Assembly: GCA_958009085.1 (NCBI GenBank)
Contig: OY253679.1
Location: forward strand, 434,001 to 498,000
Direction: 5' to 3'
Length of the DNA: 64,000 nt
Origin: Protoeuglena noctilucae
Taxonomy: Eukaryota
Shown: positions 14,805 through 29,980 of the stretch, piece after piece
How positions within the stretch are numbered: the stretch's first letter is position 1
Layout of the letters: each line of letters opens with the position of its first letter
Program-made: the position numbers and the translations under genes
Notes under the pieces: generated by a model
Databases searched by the model: none
What the model saw: the letters and a program-made list of their open reading frames with translations, nothing else
Told to the model about the DNA's origin: nothing

Positions 14805-16983
14805 ATGTCCGTCCCCTACTCGGACGCGACCGAGCCCTTGCTCGAGGAGAACCCCGACCGGTTTCGCATGTTCCCCATCCGCTATAAGGACATCTGGGAG
14901 ATGTACAAGAAGGCCGAGGCGTCTTTCTGGACGGGTGAGAAGCGGCGCGGCGAGAGGACGCTCGCCGACGCGCCCACATTCAAATTTACATGGCAGGCTG
15001 TCCTTCGCCCGCGGCGCTGTTTGACGCCTCGCACGGGGCTGACTGGCGCCGCTCAGGCACCGCACGTGCATAGCCTAGCGGTTGCGGCGACCCGCTGACG
15101 CGATGCGCGTCGGTAGCGCGACGCACAGCGTGTCGTCTGCCGCTGCACCGTACCTTTCGAACCCCCGCGGTGCGCCGCCGCTCACGCCCTCCCCCGCGCC
15201 AGCCCGTTTGCAGCGGAGGAGGTGGATCTGTCGACGGACGTAAAGGACTGGGAGCGCCTCAACCAGAACGAGCGCCACTTCATCAAGCACATCCTCGCCT
15301 TCTTTGCGGCCTCGGACGGCATCGTCCTGGAGAACCTGGCCGTGCGGTTCATGAAGGTGCGATGGGATGTCGCATTCAAACGCCGCGGCAGGGTCGCGCG
15401 GCCAGGGTAGTTGCAGCAGTGTGGCGCCACGGCGTCTGGTGGACATCGATCCCTGCACTGCCTCACCTATGCCGGCGACCACCCAGGCCCTTTGGTGTTG
15501 CATGAAGTGTCTCCACCCCTATATCTATCCACGGCCATTGCCATAGGCGCAAAGTCACGTTCCTAACCCCGAGTCTGCACCCAAGCGACTCCTCGTCCCA
15601 CTGCCCTGGCGTGCTTGCACCCCTGCAGGAGATCCAGGTTCCGGAGGCCCGGGCCTTCTACGGCTTCCAGATCGCCATCGAGAACATCCACTCGGAGATG
15701 TACTCGCTCCTCCTGGACACCTACATCCGCGACTCCAAGGCGAGTTCCCTCCTTGCGGTGCTTCGGGGTGTGCATGCCAGTGTCGTGGTCTGTGCAGGGG
15801 CTGCACGAGGGTGGCATGGCGGCCCGCACCCACGCCGCCGCTCCCTACCACCGCCGCCTCGCCACCCGACGCATGCCGCTCCGCTCGTGGCCCATCTTCC
15901 AGCCCCCGCTCACGCGCCACCCTGCGACTCCTCGTGACCGCTCGAGATGCACCCCTGGCCCGCAGGAGAAGCACTACCTCTTCCACGCGATCGAGAACGT
16001 GCCGGCGGTGCGCCGCAAGGCCGAGTGGGCGCTGCGCTGGATCGGGTCGTCTGAGTCCTTTGCCGAGCGCATCGTGGCCTTTGCGGCCGTGGAGGGCATC
16101 TTCTTCTCCGGCTCCTTCTGTGCCATCTTCTGGCTCAAGAAGCGCGGCCTCATGCCCGGCCTCACCTTCTCCAACGAGCTCATCTCCCGCGACGAGGGGC
16201 TCCACTGCGACTTCGGTGAGCGCGACGGGGCGAAGTGCTCAGCTCCACCGTCCACTGCCATGTGCACGTCACTGCCGGGTGCATTGAAGCACATGTGACG
16301 TGGTGTGTAACTCGACCTGCCGTGGGCGATCAGGGCACCTCCCCGCGCCCCTCCTGCGGCAGTTCCTACGGCTAGGCCGTGAGGCGGACGGTCCACACCT
16401 CCCCCTTCCCCCGCAGCGTGCCTGCTGTACAGCCACCTGACGAACAAGCTCCCCGAGGAGCGCGTGCGCGAGATCGTGGTGGACGCCGTGGACATCGAGC
16501 GCGAGTTCATCACCGAGGCGCTCCCCTGCGACCTCATCGGCATGAACGCCCGCCTCATGTCGGACTACATCAACTTCGTCGCCGACCGGCTCCTCGTGGC
16601 CCTCGGCCTGCCCCGCCACTTCAACACCCCCAACCCCTTTGACTGGATGGAGCTCATCTCCCTCCAGGGGAAGGTGACATGCGCTCGCATGTGCTTGCAT
16701 AAGACGTGTGGCATGCGAGTCCCCCGGCGTGCGGCGGGCGTGCTGCCCGTGCCCCTGCTCTTGTGCTCTTGTGTTTACCTCAGGCGTTGTCACGTCTCCT
16801 CGCCTCTTCCCACGTCACACAACCACCCGCGCTGTCTCGTCTGACAATCAGAACGTGCTCTCGCCCTCATTGCAGACCAATTTCTTCGAGAAGCGGGTGG
16901 GCGACTACCAGAAGTCCGGCGTCATGGCCGGGGTCGCGGGTGGCCAGGAGATCCGCGCCTTCACGATCGATGAGGACTTCTGA
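14805..16983 (+). CDS. RNR2: Ribonucleoside-diphosphate reductase small (R2) subunit, 6 exons
   Basis: [38 protein letters not shown] (radical Tyr), [20 protein letters not shown] and [13 protein letters not shown]; ends FTIDEDF*. Confidence 0.97.
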
Positions 16984-18313
16984 GCATCGGAAGCACCGGG
17001 GTCGTCCCGGCTGCCACTGCAGGGCGCCGGAGCAAGAGCACCGGGCGTGCATGTGGGGCGGCAGGGTTGCTGGCGGGTGCGCTCATCCGAGGACAGGGGA
17101 CGCGCGGAGGGGGCGTCGGGAGGGCGGGGGGCATGAGCGCACGCACAGCCGCCAGCGATGGCCGCATACCACGGGGTGCGCATGGGGCACGCCACGGGGC
17201 TGCGACGGCCACGGGACACGCGTCGCTTGGCTTGGCTCAGCGGACTGGGATGCGCGATGGGTGATGCTTGACTTGCCCGTGTCGCTGACTCACCAAACAG
17301 CTACTGGGAAATCGCGAGGCGGGGCGTGGGCACGGGGGCTGCCATTGCGGTCCCCGCCCACTGCCGCCTTCCATTTGACGAGACACACTGATGTCGCATG
17401 TAGAAACGGTCGACGGCATTTTGGCAGTGCACCAGCGTGGCCGTCGGCGCACGCCACGCGTAACTAGAGGCGCACATGTCGTTTTGAAGAAACGGACCCA
17501 TCCTGTGCAAGGCATTCAGTCAACGCAAGAGGCCCTTTCTGCACAACGCGAAGTCAGCAGGAGTCCCGGGGTTGCCCCAACCGCACACAGGTCTCGACAG
17601 TATGGTCTTCACACTTCAAGGCAGTGCGGTGGCCGAGCTGGGCTGCTCGCAGCAACGGCGTGTTGCCCAGCTAGCGGCCGAGCGTGCGCGACGATGGGTG
17701 CCCCCGTCACGCGCAAAGCCGGCCCACCGCACGAACTGGCGGTGTCAGGCACGGGTCCCTTGCTGCAACACCAAGGGCGGGCGCGCAAGCTGCCCGTGCG
17801 CGGGCAGGCGCGGCCGCGCGAGCTGCGGGCGTCGTCAGCAAGGCGGCAGCGCGGGGCGTGGGCCGAGATGGCGGAGCGGGGGTGAGGTGATGATCCGGCA
17901 TGCAAGGCAGGGAGTTTTGGGGAGGGTGGGGCAAAGCTACCCGCGGGGTCCTGGTCTCGCAAATGGGAACGACACTCTGAACGCGACGAAAAGAGCAACG
18001 AAGGGCGTGCCGTCACATACGTGCTTGCGGGGCAGCACGGGTGGAGAGGGGCGGGTGGCGAGCGAGGCCATACGCTGCGTGCCGCGACACCAAGCAGCGG
18101 CCGTACGGCGCGTCTGTCGGCGCGCGGCCACTCCACGCACTCTCCCAGGCTGGCAGGGGCGAAGGGGACGCGTGCGCAGGCGGGCGGCGGTGCATGGTTA
18201 TACGCCGGCCCTCCCGCATGCTCCCCGCGCCCGCCTCCGCCGCCGGTCGAGGCCATCGGAACCGGCATTGCGCAGTAGAGGCGGCGCCCTCCGCCCCGCC
18301 GCACCACCCTGGA

Positions 18314-19576
<1,263 letters not shown>

Positions 19577-21024
19577 GCGACGGCCGGGGGCGCGCGATGA
19601 TGCCCCGCACGCGGCGACGCAGGTCCGGGGCTCGTCACGAGCGCGCCGCGATGACCAAGGGCCAGGGCGGGGGGCGGGCCGTCCCGAAAACGCCTGGGAA
19701 GTGCGAGCGCAGGGACTCCCGGGGCGCGCGGCACCGGGCTGCCTCGCGAACGAGGGCGACGGCAAACACGCCGAACAAATAGGCAGCGGGAACCGGGAGA
19801 AAGCCCCCAGCGCTCGCGGGCCGGCTGGGCAAGTCCCGCGACCGAGGAGACGCTCCCCCGCGCCCGCCCCGCCGCGAACGAAGGCGACGCCGGTGCCACG
19901 AGCGAGATACTCGTCCGCCGAGCATCGGACGCCCGCGCATTTCGAAACGGTCGCGCGCATGTCACTCCCCGGCGAGGGCAGAGGCGGGACGGGGAGCCGA
20001 AGGCCTCCCCGCGCGCGAGGGGGATCCGTCGAAACAGACGGTGCGTGCCGCGGGGTGGCGGGCGCCCCAGGGTCCCCGCATCGGCGTCCCGGCTGTTGCG
20101 CCAAAGAGGGACCCCCGCCACGCCGCGAGGGCGAAAAATGGATGGCGCCGCGGAGTTTAAAAGGCTCACGATCCGATCCGCGCGCGAAAGGCCCGCAGCA
20201 GGCAGCGCTCCGGCGCCGGGGAGCGCACGGGGGTTGCGGGAGGAAACCTGGGACATCCGGGCCCGCCGCGGCACGACAGAGGCCCATGCATCGGTGCGGC
20301 AAGGTGTCTCGAGCGGCTGTTTCGACGGGCACGCGCAGTCCCGGCCAAGAGGACGTGCCGGGGCTGAAACACGCAAGGGAGCGTTCCCCGGACCGCCCCG
20401 AGGTCGCGCGCGCGTCCCAGTCGCGGGAAACGACCACCAGCATCGCGACAGCAAGTCGGAGCGCCGCCCTTCGCCCCAGCCAGGCGGTGCAGGGCAAGAA
20501 AGGCCGGGCAGGGAAATGCGCCGGCGCGGGGGCCTCACCATCGGCATGGTGCCCGCTCCTTTATTTCCAACCCCGTGTGTCCCGGCAGGGTGGCCCGCGC
20601 GGGGCCAAAGACCGGCGAAAGAGGCCGGGACTGCTTGCCGTCGATCAAACGCCGGGGGAGGAGCGTCAGCGACAGCAAGTCCTTCGCGTCGGTGTGAAGG
20701 CGTCAAGAGGAACACTGGGCGCGAGGCGGGCAGCGGCGACGGCCAGGAGCGGCGACGCCTGGCAGCGTTTGACCTACCCTGGGTTTGACACCCCGGTCAA
20801 ACGACCCCTCCCGCAGCTAACTAGACTCGTCTCGGGCGCTGACGTGCTCCTGCTTGGATCCAGAGGGCGTTTGGGGCACGGTCCTGCGACGGCGCCAGCG
20901 AGGCTTTAAGTTCCCCCGTGTGTGTCAACAACGGGCTTCGTGGGCGGCCGCGCTCGACTTCGCGGCCTCAGCCGCCGCCCCCTCGCCGCGCGGGAGCCTT
21001 TGAAGTGCACGCATCCCGCCCGTC

Positions 21025-24000
21025 ATGGGGAACATCCTCGACAAGTGCGGCAGGGAGCCCGACACCAGCCCCAGTGCCCGCCCGCGCCTCTCGCTCCGCC
21101 GGCGTGATCGCCGAGGGGCGGCGACGGGTGAAACGAGGTGACTTGCTTCTTCACGTGTGACGTGTGCATGTATCGCGGGCCTTCAAAGGCCCCGCGCTCG
21201 CGTATGTCGCACTCGATGGCGACGTGCGTTGTCAGGGGGCCACGCGCGCGTCTCGCGCGATGCCGAGGGTGTCCTGGCGTCCTCTTGTCGTCCAAAGGCA
21301 CTTCAATACGTCACCCCCAACCACCCGCGCAGAGTGACGGACCTGGAAGGGCTGCCCCCGCGCCCGGAGCCCAGCGCTCTGCTCTCGCCCAAGCCCGTCC
21401 TCGCCAAGTATGCCTATCAAGCCCCGCCTCCGGTGATTGTGCGCCAGCGCGCCTTACCTGCCACCCCTCGCCGCCCAGTCCGTGCCGGAGCGTGTCCACG
21501 CAACCACAGTGTTGCCCCTCGCTTAACCAGCACCTCTCACCACGGGACTGACCCTGGCCACGCAGACGACGCCGAAGCTCGCGGCCACTCCCGGTGCCTT
21601 CCGCGGCCCTGTGCTCGGAGAGCTGCGCAACGGTGTTGGCGCCGCCACGCCTCTGCCCAAAGGCGATGCGGTGGACGGCCTCTCCAGGCAAGCGGCAACG
21701 GGCTCTCCCGGCCGCAGCTATCTCCCGGTCGTTGTTCCTTAAATACTTCATGCACCCACCTGGCATTGGGCACGGAGAGCGCAAGGACGGAGCCCCAGTG
21801 ACGCCCACGCCCCACGATGGCAATTCTATCCAAGTGCCTCCCCCATGGTCCCTTCGCAGGGTTCCCAGCGCCGTGTCCGACGACCCCCACGCGGATGTGA
21901 ACCTGGGGAGCGTCGTGAGCCTTGCAGCCCGGGACAGCACCGCGGTTGATGCCGAGGCCAGTTCCCAGGCAGGGCCGCCCGCAGAGCCACCGGCAGAGAC
22001 GTCCAGCATTCAGTGGCAGAGGGGCGAGCTGCTGGGGAGCGGCGCATTCGGACAGGCGAGAACGGTAGGGGGGTGTGTGTGCGTAGGGAGATGGGCCATG
22101 TCTACATGGACCCCCTTTCTGCTGTCACTTAAGGCTCGCACCTGTTGATGCAACAGGTGCTTGACCAGGTGTCGCCCTTGGGATCCACCCCGCTGCCCTG
22201 CCCTTCCAGGTGTTCCTGGGTATGAACCTGGAGACGGGCGAGCTGATGGCCGTGAAGCAGGTGGCCATCAAGGGCGGTCAGTCGGAGCAGCAGGCGGCCG
22301 TGGCCAGGCACGTGGCGGACCTGGAGGAGGAAGTGGCCATCCTGAGGAGACTCAAGCACCCCAACATCGTGCGCTACCTGGGCACAGGTGACGGCGACAG
22401 CGGTCGAGAGCCGTGGCAAGGTCGCACCGACAGGCCAAGCGAGCTCTCTGCAGCACAGTTCATGATGCTTGTTCACGCTTGCTTGTTTGCCTCGTTCCAG
22501 TGACTCTTTGCAAGCCGGCAACGCCTCACCGCCTCTCCACCGCCTCCAGAGCGCACCGACAGCCACCTCCACATCTTTTTGGAATTCGTGCCCGGCGGCT
22601 CCATCGCCTCCCTCCTGGCCCGTTTCGGCCCTTTCCAGGAGTCCGTCATCCGCATGTACACGCGCCAGATCCTCTTGGGCCTCGACTACCTCCATCAGAA
22701 CCGCCACATGCACCGCGACATCAAGGGGGCCAACATCCTGGTGGACAACAACGGCGTCGTCAAGCTCGCCGACTTCGGGGCTTCCAAAAAGATCGAGAGC
22801 CTCGTGACCATGGGCGACGGGTACAAGTCCATCAAGGGGACACCCTACTGGTGAGCCGACCACTGCATCTTCGCAGCGACTGGCAAGTGGGTCCATGCCT
22901 GTGTGCCCAGGATTGATACGCTTGAGTCCGTAACATGGTTTTGCTGGAACTAAGGATGTGCAGATCTTTGTAGGAACCCAGCTGATCCACCACAGACATG
23001 CAGCAACTCACACGCACACGCACACATGCAACTAGCGTTGGGCAGCACAGCAAGCATGCCATACGGCCCAGCCTCTGGGCCCGGGCGCACCTCACGTCCC
23101 CTGGCGTTCCCTGCTCTCAGGATGGCTCCGGAGGTGATCAAGCAGGAGGGCCACGGGCGGCAGGCGGACATCTGGTCGATCGGATGCACAGTCGTGGAGA
23201 TGGCCACTGCCCGGCCCCCATGGTCCCACATCAAGTCCCAAATGTCCGCCATGTTCCACATTGCCAACGCCACCGAGGGGCCCCCGGTCCCGGACCACCT
23301 GAGCCCTGAGGCCCAGGACTTCTTGCGCCTGTGCTTTGAGCGACGCCCGCGCCTTCGGCCCAACTGCGGCCGACTCCTGCGCCACCCCTTCGTGGCCAAC
23401 GCCCTCCCCAAGCACTCGCCCTCCCGGCCCCTCTTCGACGCCAGGTTCCAAATGCCCTCCCCCATCACCGAGGCCACCGAACGGTCCCCCTCCTCCACCC
23501 CTTCCTCGGCCTCCCAGGGACAGTCGCCCCCCGAGGCGTCCCCCGCCCCGGACGAGGCCCGCGGGACGCAGGTGCTTGGTAACGGGGACGCGGGGGGTGC
23601 GCCGAGGGGCTTGTTGAGCGTGGGCGGGAGCGAGGCGTCGGTGATGTCCATGGGCATGCCGGCCATTGGGGCTTTGGGTGGGCTCGGCACGCTCGACGTG
23701 GAGCCTGGCGACGCGGCGGCGATGCTGGCGGCGATGGGCGTGGCAATTCCGGTTGGGACGGAGGCGGGGGAGGCCCTGGGGTCCCCGATTGGCCCGGCAG
23801 CGACGACGGAGTCCGTGCCGACGACGGTGGAGGAAGAGGAGGTCGGGGAGGGCGTGGAGAGCGCGGGGGTGGATGGGGGGGTCGCAGGAGCGTCGCCGGC
23901 AGGGACGGGGCGGCCACCCAGGTGAGGGGACTGGTGGCTTGAGCTAGGGTGGTTACTGCATGTGGCGTGGTCGCGTTCCATGACATGCGACAGGCGGTTT

Positions 24001-26196
24001 TGCATAGATCGGGCGCAGGTGCACATTTAGCATAGCAGAGAAGTGGCACACAGTGAACGTGGCGCACAGCGTCCCTTGTAGCAATGCCGACCCCGTTTGT
24101 CCCTCCACGCGTGGCCAGCGTCCCACCAACTCTCGCACACTTCCCCTGTCCCCTCAGGCCCCTCTTCAAGTCCCTGGACCCAGCGATGCCCCTCCTCGCC
24201 TCCCCGGCACCTTCGGACTTCGCCACTCCTGCTGGGGCCGTGCCGCCCGCCTGGGCCACCCCGGCCGCCCGCGCCGCCGACGTTCCCGCGACGCCGCGCA
24301 CGGGGTTTTTGACGCCCGCGGGGGCGCTCGACCGCTCCGAGGCTCCGTGGGCGCTGCGGGGGGTGGGGTCCCCTGCGGTAGAGGAGGCCGCTAGCACGGC
24401 ACCCCCCACTGCACGGGGAAGGGAGGGCGCGCCGGTGAGTGCGCGCACGCTTGTACGGCTGTCACTGCGTGCGGCGCTTGGGTCTCATGCGCTGCAGTAG
24501 CACACAAGCTGACAGGAGTGCGGATGGTCGCCTGCCTCATTTGCAGCCGATGCTTGGCAGCTAATCTGTGGTAGGAGTCGCATTGCTGGCTTAGCCTGTC
24601 TTGCGTTGCATGGCGACAGCGTCTCCCTCTTCGCTTCACTCGCAGGCGCCCCAAGCGCCGATGCCCGGGACCCCCCCCGTGGGCCCGCCCCTGACCCCAC
24701 CCACGCCTGGGGGAGAGGTGGGGCGCGTGGACGAGGTCAACCTGTGGGCGTACGTGCAACAGCAGACCAAGGCGAGTCGGGACCACGAACAGGCCTGTGT
24801 ATGTTGTTGTAACCCTGGGGTCCTCGGTGCATCAGTACGCTGTGCTTGGAAGCGCGGCACAGGTGTTAAAGGAGCTTGCAAGCGCAGACGCCCCTCGCGT
24901 GCTGCTACACCTACGCAGAAGCAAGAGGAGATGGTGCGGCGTTCGTTCAACCGAGACATGCTGTCCATCATGAGGAGCGCCACGCCACCATCCGCACACC
25001 CGGGCGGCCCGCCTGACGCGACCCCGCCGCCCGCCAGCGACGCCGCGCGCGCGGAGGGTGCGGGTGCCAGGCCCCGCGGGACTGCTGCGACCCGGGACGC
25101 GAGGGCTGCTGCCGATGCGAGTCCCATGTCGGGGCGCGTGGCAGAGACGCCGGGGAGCGACGTCCTGACGCCGCAGAAGGACAGCAGCCCCTTCCGGTCG
25201 CCCCAGGCGGCGCGCTCCCCGAGTCTGCCGGGTGAGCGGCGGTGGGGGGATCCGCAGCGAGGGGCCGAGAGTGATGGTATGCGCACTCCGGCTGAGGCAT
25301 ACACTAGTCACACAAGGCATGGTTGTTCGGTGCCCGTCTCTGTGCCATCAACACCACTAGCATTTGCGACCGTTGCTTGTCTCTGTTGACGCAGGTGCTG
25401 CGCCGTCGGGCACGTCGTCGCGGCCACAGCGCCCGGCCGCAGCGCAGCACGGGTCCCTGGCCCCCCCCGACATCCAACGCATCCTCAGCGGGGCGATGCC
25501 AGCCGGCGCGACCTCGCCGCTCGGGGCGGGGCCTGCCGGCGGCGCGGGGCTGCTGGCGGCGTCGGTGCCGGTCAGCCTGGGCGTGGTGGGGGCGAGGGCC
25601 GCGGGCAAGGGTGCCGGCGGGGTGTGGTCGGGCAGCCAGGGCGGCCCTCTGTCGAGCTCCTCCCGCAGCAACACGAGCCGGGACACGGCGAGCCAGTCGG
25701 TGGCACAACTGCGCACGCAGGCGAGTTAGTGACGTGCATGAACGGCGATGTTGGCAGAGACTGGGTGTTTGTTAGTCACCGATGACAGGACTTACTGTGA
25801 GCACATCCCCCACTACTCACAGGTGCTTCACATGGGCAAGTCGTTGATTCAGGGCTTGGATGAGATCATCCATGGCGGTGGCGAGGGGGCGGACAATGGG
25901 GGAGGGTCCCGGGCCAAGGCGCAGCAGTGGGAAGCGGAGCTGCAGGTGAGGGGATGTGCAAGGGGCGAGAGGTGCGACGGTAGTGCTGCGACTGTCGCAG
26001 CCACGGCCACACTTGCATACGCTGGTCGATTGCAAGTGTCACGATCGAAATGACCACGCCACATCTGTTTGTGCAGAATGAGATGGCGGCGGAGCTGCGG
26101 AGGATGCGCGGGGAGGGCGGCCCGCGAGGGTCCGCGACCAAAGGGGACCGGGAGAGCCGGCGGGCGAAGGAGACGCGGGCGTCGGACATGCGATGA
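21025..26196 (+). CDS. NPK1: MAP kinase kinase kinase, NPK1/ANP (STE11)-like, multi-exon
   Basis: [54 protein letters not shown] and KGTPYWMAPEV. The C-terminal coiled coil [21 protein letters not shown] resembles the NPK1 tail. The 5' exons from MGNILDKC (21025) are inferred from phase-compatible splice sites; stop at 26196. Confidence 0.85.
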
Positions 26197-26540
26197 GGCG
26201 GCGACGCGTTGAGCCCGGCATGGAGACGCACAGCGTGTGATGAGCTGGCAGGGGAGAGGCAGGAGTAGTTGGTGTCATTGGTGGGACGGCAGCTGCGTGC
26301 ATGCCCCCGCAGCGCCGATGTGAAGAGGTCTGCTGTTTGAAGTGCAAAGTGTGCGTCGCAAGATACCCTATGCGAGCGAAAGGGAATGGAAGGAGCTAGG
26401 AGAGTGCGGCTATCAAATCCCATCACATCATGCCCACCTGCATGTGCTGCATGGCTTATCAGGCATCCACGCGTGCTGCATGGCTACTACCGGTGCATTA
26501 TGTACATGCAAAGCTCCTCGGCGCGTCCTGTCCCTCCCAG

Positions 26541-29500
26541 TCAGCCCGTGGCCCCCTCCTGCTGCGCCACGCTCTCGTTCCCCACCCATCCAGGGCTCGC
26601 CCGCACGTGCACCAGCCGCTGGCACTTGTCCCTCACGGCCTGGAGCGACGAGTCCAGGCGGGCGCGGTCACTAGACGACGAGCACCGGATGCCACTGCGA
26701 GAGAGGACAGGGCACAGGAGTGATGCATGATGCAAGGATCTGCAGCTGGCGAGCTGGCGAGCGTTCAGAGGGTTCCACGGCACCCATGCATTTTGCCCGT
26801 GATGTCATGTCTGTAAGTCCATAGTTCGCTCTCATGCGATGCAGGTGCGCCTGCACCGCACACGGCCCCTTGGCGACGCCACATGCCACAGATCTCGCAT
26901 CGCAGGGACACGGGCGGTCAGCCAGGTCTGCCCCACGCATCACCCCCATGCATCACCTGACGTCCAGGTGTTGCAGCCGACCACACACGGCCAGGTGGGC
27001 GACGTACGAGGGATCCAGATCCGAGCAACCTCGGAGGTTCACGGAGGTGAGGCGGCGGCAGAGGCGGACGTGGCGGAGGAAGCGGCCAGTGAGCCCGGGG
27101 CAGTCCCTGGGGGCACGCAACGACAAGGTGATGAGTGGATGGCGATGATGCCATGTCCGGCTCCTGTGATAGCTTGCTTGTTACAGCTCAAAGACTAAGG
27201 GCCATAAGTGATAACCGCGAGCCATATGTGGGGCGCAACGCGGTGACGTCCTGTCAATGTGTGTGTGGATGACAGCTTGCAGATCGCCAGCCCCCTCGCC
27301 TGAGCTGCAGGTTCTCCATGCCCCGGCAGTTGCGCAGGATGGCCTTGACCCCCCGGTCCGTGACGCGCCCGCACCGCCCCAGGATGAGGTGCGACAGGCG
27401 GGTACAGCCCTGACTCAGCCGCGCCAGCCCGGCGTCCGTGAGGGTCGACAGCTCGGGCAGCTCCAGTCGCTCCAGGAAGGAGCAGCGGGAGGCGAGGAGA
27501 GACAGGGAGCGATCGGAGACTCTGCGGGGCGGGAAGGGAAGAGAAGGTGCTTAGTGTACCGTGCTGGCACTGATGGGCATGTGAGGAGATGGATGACGAA
27601 TCGAGGGCCGCGCTGCCACAAGCCTGGGAAGCGCAGGCTCTCTCAGTGCACAGAAGGAAAGGACTTTGGCGTCGTCGCGCCGCAGTGACACCCGTGCAAT
27701 ACCCCAGCTGTCCCCCCGCTCCTCACCCCGCCACGGCCCCTGCCCCGTCCGCCGCCCCCTCCCCCCCGATGCGCCTGGGCAGCAGCCACGCGGCGACGCG
27801 GAGTCTCTCCAGGCCTGGGAGCTGCGCCGCGGCAGCCACGCCCTCATCGAAGGCATCGGTGAGCATGACGTCCAAAGAGGTGAGGGCGCGGCAGTGGGCG
27901 AGGGGCGCCAGGGCGGTGCCGGGGAAGCACCGCAGGAAGCCCAGGCGCAGGGAGGCGAGTCCGGTGCACCGCGAGACGTGGGCGAGGCATTCTCCCGAGA
28001 GGGAGCCCTTGTGGTTGTGGAGCAGGGCCAAGGAGGTGAGGCGGCCGGGGCGGGCCAGGTGCGCGACGCCGGCGTCGGAGAGGCCCTCGACGAAGAGCTG
28101 CGGTGGATGGGGAGGGTGAGGTGATGACAGACAGATGCATGATACCTCAGCAGAGGCGTAACAGGGCCCGCATCGACAGACCCCACATCCCAGTCCGCCT
28201 GATATGGCGACCCCCCTCTCTCTGCTTACCACAGCAAGTCCCTGCTATCTCATCCCCCGTGGTGTAATGACAACCTGTTCCGCTACCCCTACTCTCACCA
28301 TGGTGACCCCCCGCAGCGTGGCGCTCTTCCCCAGGGACTCGAGCGCCGCGTCGGTGAGCCCCGTGCAAGGCGACACGCTCAGCTCCCGCAGGTACCGGGC
28401 GGCGCCGAGCTTGGCCGCCGCCGCGTCCGTGACCCCCCCGCAGTCGGCCAGCTCCAGGCACTCTAGGGACGGCAGCTGGGCCAGCAGCGACACCCCCGCA
28501 TCCCCCACGAACTGACACCCCTCGAGCGCCACGCGCGTCAGTTGGCCGCAGCCCAGCAGGGGCGCCAGGCCCCAGTCGGACACGGATGCGTCGGACAGGT
28601 ACACCCCGCGGAGGGTGTCGCTCCGCTGCGCCAGGTGCGCCACGGCCTCGTCCCCCACGTCCCCCATGGGGTCGCCCTCCCCCAGGTCCGGCATCATCGC
28701 GTCGCCGTCGTCGTCTAGGATGAGGAATCCGTGGCCGGACAGCGCCCGCGCCACCTCGACGTGCTGGGGGAGCAGAGGGGGACAGGTGTGGCGTCACCCA
28801 CCGCCTAGGACGCGCGAGGAGAGCCCCGGAGCCAACGCTGAGCTACAGTCGAGCAGTGAGCCACGTGGGTGGCCGAGACTGGGATGCAGTTGAGTGCAGC
28901 TGCTGCAGGGGTCTGGCTCACCTGCAGCGCCGGCATGTCCCTGACGGCGGCCAGGTATCGCTGCTCGAGGAGGGGGCAGTCGAAAAGGCGCAGGGTGGCG
29001 AGGCGCGGGCACCCGCGGGCCAGGTCCGCCAGGAAGGCCCCGGAGATGCCGAGGGCGCGCTTGAGGGTCAGGGACTCGAGCGCCGTGCACCGCGCGAGGG
29101 GGGTGAGGTCCAGGTCATTGAAGCAGCCGCGGGTGCCCTGGGGCCAGGCGAGAACCACAGGTGAGCCGATGCCAAGTAAGGTCAGCAGGTGATGCGCCGG
29201 GGCCGGGTGTCAGTGGGGGCAACAGGGGGTCAGCATGTGATGCACTGGGGCTGGATGTTAGCAGGAGGTGCGCTGGGGTTGGACGTTAGCGGGGCCAACA
29301 TATGATGCACCAGGGCTGCTGCTCTCACGTGGAGGGTGAGGTCCCGGAGACGCACGCACGCGGCGAGCGCATTGACGGAGGCGCCCGTGAGCACCTCGGC
29401 AGACAGCACGCGGAGGGCCGTGAGCCGGCTGGCGTTGGGGAGGGCCACGGCGGCCAGCTGCTCGTCCGTGATGGGACCGCGGATGGTGATGTCCGAAAGG

Positions 29501-29980
29501 CACGGGCGCCGGTCCGAGGACGTGGGGAGCTGCCGGATGCGCGCCAGGAGCTGGCGAAGCAGAGGGTCGGTCGTGTGCTGGCCCAACGTGACACCAGAGG
29601 TAAGGATGGAGGTGATCTCGGCTCTGCGGGGGCGATGCATGCTTTGAATTATCCTGATACGGGTCACCTGGAGAATATTCGGCCCATGCTGGTCGACCTC
29701 ACCCCGCAGAGGCGTATTCAGGCGGAATCTCCGACGCATGGAGAGAAACGCGCGTCACGGCGCGGTCGTATACTTCCTTGAAGCGTCTGCGATGCACGGG
29801 TCAGGTGCGCGTGGGTGACCTGCGAACAAGACCGCGGACAACGCACGCTCGTCGAGCGGGCGTCGCGACAGCGCTCGCAGAGGCTCACCTACACACAAGG
29901 CGTACGTCGGGATACCCGACGAGCCGATTGAGGCACTCGCTCAGCGCGTCGTCATCGAGGATAGAGAAAACGTCCGTCAT
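26541..29980 (-). CDS. F-box/leucine-rich-repeat (cysteine-containing LRR, FBXL-type) protein, multi-exon
   Basis: F-box-like N-terminus FSILDDDALSECLNRL...VRLVCRRFKEV, followed by many LxxLxLxxCxxVTDxGL repeats (e.g. LECLELADCGGVTDAA, LRELSVSPCTGLTDAAL). The start could be upstream at 30151. Confidence 0.8.
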
